Positions 11,201 to 22,200 of a stretch of DNA of 64,000 bases are shown piece by piece. The position numbers and the translations under genes were made by a program. The notes under the pieces are model-generated. The model was not told the DNA's origin, did no database searches, and saw nothing but the letters and a program-made list of their open reading frames with translations. Origin of the DNA: Azolla caroliniana (lineage: Eukaryota > Plantae > Polypodiophyta); the NCBI GenBank assembly GCA_043228905.1, contig JBHGNT010000002.1, positions 992,001 through 1,056,000 on the forward strand, read 5' to 3'. Position 1 is the first letter of the stretch, and each line of letters begins with the position of its first letter.

Positions 11201-13786
11201 GACGGGAACTCAAGGCTCCTTATGTCCAGCACTCGGCCACAACCGAGCTTCTTTTCATACGCAGAAAACGGGAAACAAATGCACGACACAGTGGAGAAGA
11301 AAAATAATAGTACACAGGAGGTTTACGTGGAAAACCCCAAACTAGGCTGCAAACTGTCACTATGTGAGAATGTACAACAGTGAGTTCACTGAGGCAACGA
11401 CCTCGTGCTCACAGATCTTCGCCACACGCGGCGGTTACAACAGAGGCAACGACCTCTTTCTCTCTCTCTTTGTACACTATTACGTGCTCACTCTTCTTCT
11501 TGCACCAACAAAGAAAAAGAATGACAACAACAATAGTTACTAAAAGTTTGCCCTAAGTCATATTTATACTAATATGACTTTTCGGCTATTTACAAATGTA
11601 GCCTCGATGGGCTCTCAGAAACATATTTACGAATATGTCTCTTCATCCGGTTCTCACCGGGCCTGCACCATCCGGCTCTCCGTAGCCGAGTACTCCTCAT
11701 CCAGTTCATACCAGGCCTGCACCATCCGGCTCTCCGTAGCCGGGTACTCCTCATCCGGTTCATATCGAGCCTGCACCATCCTGCTCTCCGTAGCCGGGTA
11801 CTCCTCATCCGGTTCATACCGGGCCTGTACCATCCGGCTCTCCGTAGCCGGGTCCTCCTCATACGGTTTCGGCCTCGGCCGAGTTTGTTCATCGGCACTG
11901 TTCTTCTTCCTTCCCATCCGAAGGGACCTGTTTCCCAACATTTGTTGTAGATAACCGTTGAATTGATCGGAAAAGTACTCTTTCCCGCCATCCGACCGCA
12001 GACACTTGATCTTTCGTCCCGTTTCCGTTTCCACGAACCCTTTGAGGTCCCGGAAACAGTCGAAGACTTCGCTCTTCCTCTCAATGAGGTAGATCCATGC
12101 GTGCCGCGTGTGGTCGTCGATGAAGGAGACGAAATATCGGCTCCCGCCAAGACTAACGTTTTGTGCCGGCCCCCATACATCGGAGTGTATAAGGTCGAGC
12201 TTGTTCCGGTTCCGGTTTCGCTCGTTTGGGAAAGGAAGTCGGTGTTGATTCCCGAGCTGGCAAGCTTCACAAATTTGTGCCTTTCGGCCACTAAATTTGG
12301 GCAATCCGAACACTACCTGTTTCGATTGCAGATCTTGAAGCCGCTGGTAGTTGACGTGGCCTATCCGCTTGTGCCACAAGTCGATGTCCGACTCGGATTT
12401 TTGTCCCTTCGCGAACATCGCGGTGCCGCCGTCAGAGGAGTCGAGGATGAACATCCTCCTGTCTCTGCGCCCTTGCGCAATCACACGGCCTTCTTCCTCA
12501 ATGAAGCACCCGAGATGTGTAAACCGGACCTCCATCCCTTGGTCGATGATCTGTCCGACCGAGACCAAGTTCTTCGTGATTGTCGGAACGTGCAACACGT
12601 TCATGAGTTTCCCTTTCTGCCCGACATGGCTAAGGGGAACTTCTCCGATATTCGCGATCGGATGCGGAGTGTCGTCTCAAGTTGCGACTACTCCAGGTTG
12701 TATCGGTCTTTCAAGGTACGAGAACCACTCCTTATGGCTCGTCATGTGGTTTGACGCGCCGGAGTCTACGTACCACACCTCGTCCAATCTCGGGGTGGTC
12801 TGTTTCATTGAGTTTGCTTCGTGTCTCGTCACGAAGGCAGACCCTTCTCCGGCTCTCCCGGAGTCTTCGGCGTAGTGCGATCGTTGCCGATTTCCCTTGT
12901 CGGTATGTCCGGAGCCGTTTCCGGAACCGGTTCTCTCCGAATCGGCGCGCTTCTTCAAACACTCACTTTCCCTGTGGCCTTTCTTGCCACAGTACCAGCA
13001 TTCCGCGATGGCCTTCCCTTGCCGGTTCTCATCGCTTTGACTCCCCTTGTTTCCGGAGGGTCCGGAGTAGCTGTCGGCATCACTTCGGTGCCTTCTTCCT
13101 TGATCTCGTCGGCCGCCTCCATTGCGCGCCGACTCGCCTCGTCCTCCACGTCCACGGGGCCTATCTCCCTCCGTGTACAACATTTTTCTGTCGGTGTGCG
13201 TGCTTGTAGACACACCCGCGTGGTTCTCCTCTACCAGGAGCATTGACTGTAAGTCGAAAAAGGACGGCGTATTCTCCTGGGTACACACAGCCGTTCGGAA
13301 CGCTCCGAACTTCGACGCCAAGCCTCCGAGACAGATCTGGACCATCTCGCTCTCCTTGATGTTCACCTCTATGGAGGCGAGGGAGTCGCAGATATCCTTG
13401 ATCTTCGAGGTATAGTCCGCCACCGACAAGTCGCGTTGTCGTAGGTTGCTCAACTCCTGTCGGAGCTGAAGCTTCCTTGTTGTGGTGCTCGCGGTGAAAA
13501 TCTTCTTCATATTTTCCCACGCACCCTTCGGCGTCTTTGCATCCCGAACATAGCTCAATAGCTGTTCGCCCACACACGACGCGAAGCAGTATAATACCCT
13601 GCTCGCCGATTGATCCCACGACGGGAAGTCTCTGTGTGTCGATTCGGGTGCCGCGTCATTAGCTCCTTCGACATAACTCCAGTAGTCGTGCCCGAGTAGG
13701 TATTGGTGCATCTTGTAGGACCAAGACGCGTAGTTGGTTCTGTCGAGCTTCTCTGTTGGAAGCGAGCTCGCCATTCCTCTATCCAT
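8212..13786 (-). pseudogene. Disrupted gag-pol polyprotein of copia element D
   Basis: Copia domain order gag-PR-INT-RT-RH, spread over several ORFs with stops, frameshifts and the solo-LTR insertion at 11200-11940. Confidence 0.85.
11200..11940 (-). mobile_element. Solo LTR, copia family 1
   Basis: TG...CA ends, homologous to LTR 6094-6830, flanked by the 5-bp TSD TTTGT (11195-11199 and 11941-11945). It splits the integrase of D at GYLQQ/IGIRHEF. Confidence 0.93.
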
Positions 13787-14261
13787 CGTTCTTCTTCATC
13801 AAGCTGTGTCGGCTGTAGAGAGGTTCTCAACCCTCGCGCTCTGATACCATGTAAAAAGTAACGTGCGGAAGCAGGTATAAAGACCGAACAGAAGGAAGAA
13901 AGACTCAGGTTTAATGGAGAGCTTGAGCTTACGCAGTATACGCGGGAGAGACAGAGAGAGTGAGAGAGAAAACACAAGAACTGTATTCAACAAAAAACAA
14001 TCTCAATACTCGACTCTATCTTACATATGTGTGTTCAATGAACACCTTTATACAGGTCCTTGAAGGACTGACCGAAGTACTGACAGTACTTCATTGCTCA
14101 TTAAGAGCTCCTACACTAACTCCCAAATATATTCCTCACGGAATATCTTTCCTAACGGCCTCCCGGTTTACGCACCGATCCGACCCTACCGATCGGTCCC
14201 AACCGATCCGGTCCTCGGCTTCTTCAGCCGATCCAACCGATGTTGAGCTTGTCTCTCAACC

Positions 14262-15506
14262 TATGTGTCTCCAATTCGGCTCCGGTAAACCTCAACTTGA
14301 CGGTTTTACCGATTCGGACATGTCGGCTTATGTGGATACCAGCCGGTCTACATCCGGGTATGTAATGACATATGCAGGGGGAGCTGTTTCGTGGCAGTTG
14401 AGGTTGTAGAAGACGGTTGCGTTGTCAACCACGGAGGCGGAGTACATGGCGGCTGTGGAAGCCGGCAAGGAAATATTATGGATGAAGGACTTCATCGGAG
14501 AGCTCGGTATCCGGTAAGATGAATATCGGCTCTATTGCGACAGTCAAAGTGCCATCCACCTTGCTAAGAATGCGGCCTACCATTCCTGGACGAAGCATAT
14601 CCAGCAAAGGTATCACTAGATCCGGGAAAGAGTAGATGACCAGGAGTTCGCGCTGACGAAGATCCACACGGCCGAGAACGGGTCAGATATACTGACCAAA
14701 GTACTGATACACAACAAACTGGATGCATGCCAGAAGCGGATCGGACTAGTAAGACATCCCATGCCGTAGTGAAGGGGGATTTTGTTAGGAAACAGGTCCT
14801 TCCGGATGGGAAGTGAGAAGAACAGTACTGATGAGCAAACTCGGCCGAGGCCGAAACCAGATGTGGAAGTCCCGGCTACGGAAGACCCGGTGAGAACCGG
14901 ATGACAAGTACCCGGCAACTGAAGACCCGGTGAGAACCGGATGACGAGTACCCGGCAAGAGCCGGATGGTGAAGACCCGGTGAGAACCGGATGACATGTG
15001 CCCGACAAGCACCAGATGATGCATGCCCGGTGAGGAGTGCTCACCGGATGAAGGGACATATTCGTAAATATGTTTCTGATAGTCCATCGGAACTATATTT
15101 GTAAATAGCTGAAAAGTCATATTAGTATAAATATGACTTAGGGCAAACTTAGTGAAGGTTGTTGTCATTCTTGTTGGCGCAAGATTAGAGCGCGTAACTG
15201 TGTACAGAGAGAGTGAGAGAGAGGAAGTGGTCGTTGCCTCTGTTGTAACCGCCGCCTGTGGCGAAGATAGAAAGCTCGAGGTCGTTGCTTCGGTGTTTTA
15301 CCATTTGTACATTCTGATATAGTGATAGTTTGTAGTCTGTGGGTTGCCGTGGTTTTTTTCCCTAGTTTGGGTTTTTTTCACGTTAAGATCCTGTGTTCTC
15401 TTCTCTCCATTGTGTCGTGCATTCATTCCCCGTTTTTTTTTCTGTGTTTTGATTCTAAGCTCGGTTGTGGCCGAGCGTTGTTCATCGGGAGCGTGTGTTC
15501 GTGTCA
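14262..15506 (+). mobile_element. Copia family 1 3' remnant E (RNase H, PPT, 3' LTR)
   Basis: MCLQFGSGKPQLDGFTDSDMSA...VRHPMP, PPT GAAGGGGGA at about 14771, LTR 14783-15506 (TG...CA). Confidence 0.88.
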
Positions 15507-15815
15507 CAACAGACGACAAACGGCAACGGCAATGGTGGCAGCAAACGACGATGACTACGACAGATGACAAAAAGAGCCGTTAGCAGCAAATAACGGTGGC
15601 GGTAGACGACGATGACAACAAACGGCATAAAGAGCCATTAGCAAGAGAGAGAGAGAGAGAGAGAGAGAGTAGCTACAAAACGTTTTTATAAAAGAGGGGT
15701 ATTTTAAGAATTATTATTTATTACTTTATATATCATAATATGTTTTATTTGTACTCCTAATATTATACTTTATTTTATAATCTAACATCTGGAACAATGT
15801 CGACGGATCTCATCT

Positions 15816-17015
15816 TCATCTGCTATCAATCGCCTCATTATCCTTGTCTCCGTCTCGGTCCTCCGCTTTCCCGCCGCCACCTTTCGTCTCTCCGGTCTCA
15901 CGTTGGCACATGGGCACAATGGCCGAAGTCTCTAGAACCGGTGTGGAGAAATCTTTGGCACCATCGATCACCGACGACTTATCCATAGCCACCTCCGTTT
16001 GGACGTCGTTGTTCGTGGCTATCTCTTCCTCTCTATAGGCTTTTCCATCCTCGATTATGCTTGCAGCTCCTTCGCTCGAGTTTTTGGACCCCCATGCCCG
16101 AAACCATCTGTCCTCTTCCAAACCAGCAATCGTCGCCTCCACAATTCCGACCTTATCCTCGGTTGGTCTTCCTTCACAAGTTGAGAGGGTGGCTTGCTCC
16201 ACACCCTCTCCCGTGGTACCATCGTATCGTTCTTCGGCCTCCTCACAGGCCCCGTCCTTCGTCCTTGAGGAGGAGACTTCCTCCTCGTCATTCGGTCCTT
16301 TGGAGTCTGGCTCCATAATGGACCCTTCTTCGGCTTTGATCCGCATCGTCATGATCTCGTACGCCTCCCTTATCAATGCTTCTATGTCGAGCACCACCAG
16401 ACTATTCCGCGATGAGCTCTCCTTCTTCGGTGGTAGTGTGTCGTCACTTGCCACCCCTTTTCCGGCGCTGCTCATGGGGCATGTTGTAGCCGACAATGTC
16501 CCCGTCCGCTTCTCATCATGTCGCTGACATACCCTCTCTACTTCGGTCCAATCCTCGGTGAGGCAGTTTGCTCCATCATTGTCTTCGAGTTCAAGTAAAA
16601 TGGTCATCCTTTCTTTTCGATTGACTGACTTAAAATATAATAGGACCTTATCCACCCCCACCAATCTTCGATCCCACTCTGAAAGTTGAACAAAACGATG
16701 CTCAAACTCTTGGAATGTTTGCATTGCACTTTGATGGGTCTTCACCGATGCTGCCCATTGGTCGAACTCATGCCGACCTTGCCCCTTCGGTTTCTCATAC
16801 CCACATGCCTCCAATAGAGCTCCCTTGAAGGACTCCCACGACTCATGACCTTCTCGAAGCTCTTTGACCTCTTTGTGTATTGATACGGCCACCACCCGAC
16901 AAAAATACTCTAGCCTTGTTGCTTCGTCCACGTCGCACTTCATCATCTCGGTATTGTAGGCTCTCAAAACTTTTGGGACCTCGTCCCTGTTGAAATAGTC
17001 GACTCATTCAACCAT
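15816..17015 (-). pseudogene. Gag-like protein remnant (383-aa ORF plus an upstream part broken by TGA)
   Basis: YFNRDEVPKVLRAYNTEM...WESFKGALLE... is a helical, gag-like pattern, and it sits just downstream of a PBS. No pol domains follow. Confidence 0.5.
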
Positions 17016-17666
17016 GCTCTCGACGGCTTGTTGAGCCGCCTCTCATCTTTCTTTTTTCCTTACAAAATCCATCATATCCTCTCCATTACTTTCGTGAAGT
17101 CTTCCTCTTCCATCCTCGTCCTCCCTTGCCGCTTGTTCACGTCGGGTTCACTAAAGATGTCGCGGAAATCCACGTGTGCGTGTCGGCTTGGGCGGGACTA
17201 CAGGGGTCTTGGACTAAGGAGTAAAAGAAGGGGGGGGAAATGGGAGCTTAACCGTGCCTCCGAGCACAAAAAGGGAGTAACAACATTGTGTGAATATTAT
17301 AAAGATAAAGGGTTAGATCGAGACAAGGCTCATCAAGCTAATTGCATTACGAGGCACCAAAGCCACAATATGATTACAACCGCGACCATCTAGGCCGGAC
17401 TCAAGCACAACTAAAAGAAACCCTTTGCTGATAGGAAGAAGAACTAACCCTAATCAAGAGAAAGGAAAATGATAGAGAAAGCGAACCTAGAACCAAAACC
17501 CTAAAAAAAATAGGGATAAGGAAAGAAACCCTAACGGTCTACCTCAAAATGACAAAATGCCCTTAACTCCCTCTCCTCTCATTTTCACACACATCATTAC
17601 CATGCCCACTACTCATTATACCCTTACTTCTATGCACTTTCTTTCCCTACGTGTGCATGTGCACCT

Positions 17667-18324
17667 TGACAGGAACTGCACGCTCCCTATGCGCAACGCT
17701 CGGCCACAACCGAGCTTAGAATCATACACAGAAAACGGGAAATGAAACACACGACTCAAAGGCAAGAAGAGTACACAGGATGTTTAACGTGGAAAACCCT
17801 GAGAGGGAAAAACCACGGGAGTCCATAGACTCCAAACTATCAGTATATAAGAATATACAATGGTGGAGCACCAAGGCAACGACCTCGAGCTTGCTATCTT
17901 TGCCACAGTCGGCGGTTACAACAGAGATACGAAACCTTCGTCTCTTTCTCTCTCTCTCACTCTGTACACTGTTACGCGCTCTCTCTTCTTGCACCAACAA
18001 GAATGACAACAACTCACAATAAGTTTGCCCTAAGTCATATTTATACTAATATGACTTTTCGGCTATTTACAAATATAGCCTCGATGGACTCTCAGAAACA
18101 TATTTATGAATATGTCTGTTCATCCGGTGAGCACTCCTCACCGAGCCTGCATCATCCGGCGCTTGCCGGGTACTTGCCATCCGGTTCTCACCGGGTCTGC
18201 ACCATCCGGCTCTCCGTAGCCGGGGTCGTCATCCAGTTTCGGCCGAGGCCTATCGGCCGAGGCCGAGTTTGCTCATCAGCACTATTCTTCTCCCTTCCCA
18301 TCCGGAGGGACCTATCTCCCAACA
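17667..18324 (-). mobile_element. Solo LTR, copia family 1
   Basis: TG...CA ends, homologous to the other family 1 LTRs, TSD CACCT at 17662-17666 and 18325-18329. Confidence 0.92.
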
Positions 18325-19204
18325 CACCTAAATGCACATCACATTTATACTTTACGAACTTTTTGGTGCACTTTAGCACCTTACATTTCACCTTTCCCCT
18401 TTACATTTGCTTTCTTATTCTTATTTAATTAATTCCTAAGTGCATGTGCAATGTTGCACATCCCATTTTTATTTGTCCCACTCGGGTTTCTCACCATAGC
18501 TGAAAATCATCACAACAACGTAGTCAGCCGATTCAGCTACAATGACTATATGGCATATCATTATGCATTCATGATTAAGGTGGAGACAACCTGAGAGCCG
18601 GAAATTTTTTCCGAAGCTATGAAGGACCCACGATGGGTCGAAGCGATGACCAAGGAGATGAAAGCACTCTCCAAAAACGAGACATGGGATCTCTTTCCCT
18701 CTTCGCCCCACCAAAAGGCAATCAGTTGCCGATGGATATTCAAGGTGAAGCACAATGCTGACAGCACCGTCAATAGGTATAAGGCCGGACTTGTGGCAAA
18801 AGGGTATGCGCTGACTCACAGGGTCAATTACGAAGAGACCTTTGCCCTAGTGGCAAAGATGACAGCCAACCAAACTGTAATCACGCTTGCAGTAGCAAAA
18901 GGGTGGCATCTCCACCAAATGGACGTGAAGAACGCCTTTCTCCAAGGTGAGTTAGAAGAGGAGGTGTACATGGTACAACCACTCGAATTCGAGTTGACTG
19001 TGCATCTGATTGTTGTCTGCCAACTCAAAAAGCCTCTCTACGGCCTCAACTAGGCATCAAGAGCATGGCATTTGAATATAACTCAATATCTTCACCAAAT
19101 CGGCTTTAGAGGACAATTATTCCCTATTCATTTGGAACAACTTCAGAGGACCATTATTCATTACAATTTATGTAGATGACTTGGTCATTGGAGGAGATCA
19201 TATC

Positions 19205-22200
19205 TGTTAGGAAACAGGTCCCTCCGGATGGGAAGTGAGAAGAACAGTACTGATGAGCAAACTCGGCCGAGGCCGAAACCGGATGTGGAAGACCCGGCTA
19301 CGGAAGACCCGGTGAGAACCGGATGACAAGGACCCGGCAACGGAAGACCCGGTGAGAACCGGATGAAGAGTACCCAACTACGGAAGACCCGGTGAGAACC
19401 GGATGACAAGTGCCCGGCAAGATCCGGATGATGCAGGCCCGGTGAGGAGCGCTCACCGAATGAAGGGACATATTCGTAAATATGTCGTCTGAGAGTCCAT
19501 CGGGGCTATATTTGTAAATAGCCGAAAAGTCATATTAGTATAAATATGACTTAGGGCAAACTTATTGAGTGGTCGTCATTCTTGTTGGTGCAAGACTTGA
19601 GAGCGCGTAACAGCGTACAGAGAGAGAGAGAGAGGAAGAGATCGTTGCCTCTGTTGTAACCACCGCCTGTGGCGAAGATCGTGAGCACGAGGCCGTTGCC
19701 TCCGTGAGCTCACTGTTGTAATCATTGTGATATAGTGATAGTTTGGAGTCTGTGGACTCCCATGGTTTTTCCCTCTCAGGGTTTTCCACGTTAAACATCC
19801 TGTGTACTCTTCTCTCCTTTATGTCGTGAGTTCATTATCCGTTTTCTGTGTTTGATCTTAGACTCGGTTGTGGCCATGCGTTGTATATCGGGAGCGTGTA
19901 GTTCTTGTCAAAGTGGTATCAGAGCGAGGTTACACAGAAAAATGGACGATTCGTTGGGAGGCATGTTAAAGCTCACCGGCTCCAACTATTCGGTGTGGAA
20001 GTCGAAAATGAGGGACATGCTCGTTGTTAAAGACCTTTGGTTGCCGGTTCAGTTCATGGACAAGAGATCGGACAAAATCGACGCCACGATGTGGGAGGTG
20101 ATGCACATGAAGACAACGGCATACATACAGTGCTTCATCGACATGAGCCTATACAACAACTTCAATGAAGAGAGCAAGGCTCATGAGCTCTGGGAGAAGA
20201 TCGACATTATGTTTCAAAACAAAAATGTTGTTAATCAGGTTTCGGTATTCCGAAAGCTAGTAAGACTCTGGTACCAAGATGGCTCCAGCATGGCGGAGCA
20301 CATGAATGCCTTCCTGGGGCTGATCCACCAGGCAACATCATTGGAAGTACCTCTTGCCGATGAGGTACTAGCCCTACTCTTGCTCGGTTCCCTCCCAGAT
20401 AGCTGGGAGACGTTGGTTGTCACCTTGGGCAACGGCGGGCCGGAAGGGAAACGGTTATCCCTATCAAGAGTGAAGTCGAGCTTGCTAGATGAGGAGGCGC
20501 GTCGGAAAGATAAGGATACGAGCTCCGACTCCAAAGCGCTCCTTACCAAATCGAAACGCGGAAGACAAAGAAACCGTAGTCCCCAGAACCGGGAGAAGTC
20601 GGGGACACGGTCAAAGTCAAGGGGGAGGCCTACTTGCTTCTATTGCGGCAAGCCGGGACACTTCCAAAAGAACTGTCGGCATTTCCGAAAAGACAAGGAA
20701 ACTGACGGTACCGATTCGAAGTGGGCAGCGGACCGGAACGGTAAAGACCGGAGGGGACTGGACCGGAAGGGAACGACGGCAATCGCGGCAAGTGAAGAAG
20801 AGTTGATGCTCATCACCGAGGAGAGTGAGATAAACCTTGCCAGCGACAAGATGACCTGGGTGGTCGACTCTGGAGCGTCGTTCACCTTACCCCGGACTGG
20901 AAATGCTTCTCATCCTACGCAGCCGGTGATCACGACTGTGTCCGGATGGGGAATGAAGGTACATGCCGAATTATCGGCATAGGAGACGTGTGGCTGAAAA
21001 CACCAACCGGATGCAATCTGCTGCTGAAGGATGTCCGACACGTTCCGGAGGTTCGTCTGAACCTGATATCAGCTGGTCGGCTAGATGATGAAGGCTACAC
21101 GGGTAGCATCCGGAACGGTGTTATGAACTTCAGCAAAGGGAGCTTGATTGTGGCTCGGGCCCGGAAGGTAAACGTGTTGTACCTGATGAATGTCTGATTA
21201 TGCCCGGAATAAGTGAACGTGGCATCTGACACTGCCGGTGAGTTGTAGCACAAGAGGTTGTGTCACATGAGCGAGAAGGGGATGAAGAGGCTTGCAGACG
21301 ACAACCTCATTCCAGTGAAGAACGTGCACTTGGAGAAGTGCACTGATTGTCTGGCCAGTAAGCAAAACCGGACCTCCTTCCGACCAAGGCCATTGATGAG
21401 ACGTAATGCACCACTGGAGTTGGTGCATACTGATGTGTGTCAAGTGGACACGAAGTCACATTCAGGATTGTAGTACTTCGTGACGTTTATAGATGACCAC
21501 AGCCGGAAGTTGTGGGCCACACCGTTGAAGACGAAGGATCAGGTGCTATCCATCTTCAAAGAGCTCCACGCGAGAGTGGAAAGAGAAACCGCCCGGAAGC
21601 TGAAGGCGGTTCGAGCAGATAACGGAGGTGATTACCGGGGGCAGTTCGAGGAGTATTGTCGCTCGAAGGGAATCCAGCTCGAATTTACCGTACCGAAGAC
21701 ATCGGAACTAAACGGGCTGGCCAAGAGGATGAACCAGACCATAATGGAGAGGGTCTGGAGTATGTTGGCACATGCAAAACTACCCAAGAAGTTTTGGGCT
21801 GAGGCACTGTCGACAGCGACATATGTGATAAACAGATCACCCTCAGTACCCTTGGACGGAGACACGCCACAGAGAGTCTGGACCGGTAAGGAAGTGTCCT
21901 ACCGGCATCTGAAGGTATTCGGGTGTCTCGCGTACATGCATGTAGCTAAGGAACAAAGAGGAAAGTTAGATCCAAAGACCCGGCCATGCATATTCCTCGG
22001 TTACGGTGACGATGAGTTCGACTACCGAGTGTGGGACCCGGTCGACAAGAAGGTATTCCGGAGTCGAGATATTATCTTCATGGAGTACAAGACGCTCGTC
22101 GATTGGGAGTCGGAGAAGAAGATAATGAACTCCGAGTCGACCGGTAGGGATCAATTCTACGATGAGCAGACCCAACCGGCAAGAGGCCGGTTAGCACTCG

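Larger units (their letters stand above)
7807..14261 (-). mobile_element. Ty1/copia element D (family 2), two LTRs, degenerate, containing a nested solo LTR
   Basis: 3' LTR 7807-8217, PPT 8218-8229, PBS-iMet 13838-13849, 5' LTR 13850-14261. Contains gag and CCHC knuckle (12677-13786), protease WYVDSGAS, integrase (RSDGGKEY; NGVAERKNR), RT (9297-10577, YVDD) and RNase H (ADIFTK). Confidence 0.92.
15816..18514 (-). mobile_element. Degraded LTR retrotransposon with tRNA-Trp PBS and gag-like ORF (probably Ty3/gypsy-type)
   Basis: 17136-17153 TTCACGTCGGGTTCACTA matches the plant tRNA-Trp 3' end (...TTCACGTCGGGTTCACCA, from memory, 1 mismatch). An adjacent TG at 17158 starts a putative LTR running to about 18514, interrupted by a solo LTR. 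A gag-like ORF follows the PBS. Confidence 0.6.

Noticed and set aside
11963-13415. Long antisense ORFs over copia gag-pol (for example 263 aa)
   Set aside because: Shadow ORFs of GC-rich coding sequence.
17136-17153. tRNA-Trp gene
   Set aside because: Only the 3' 18 nt match, directly beside an LTR start, so it is interpreted as a primer binding site.
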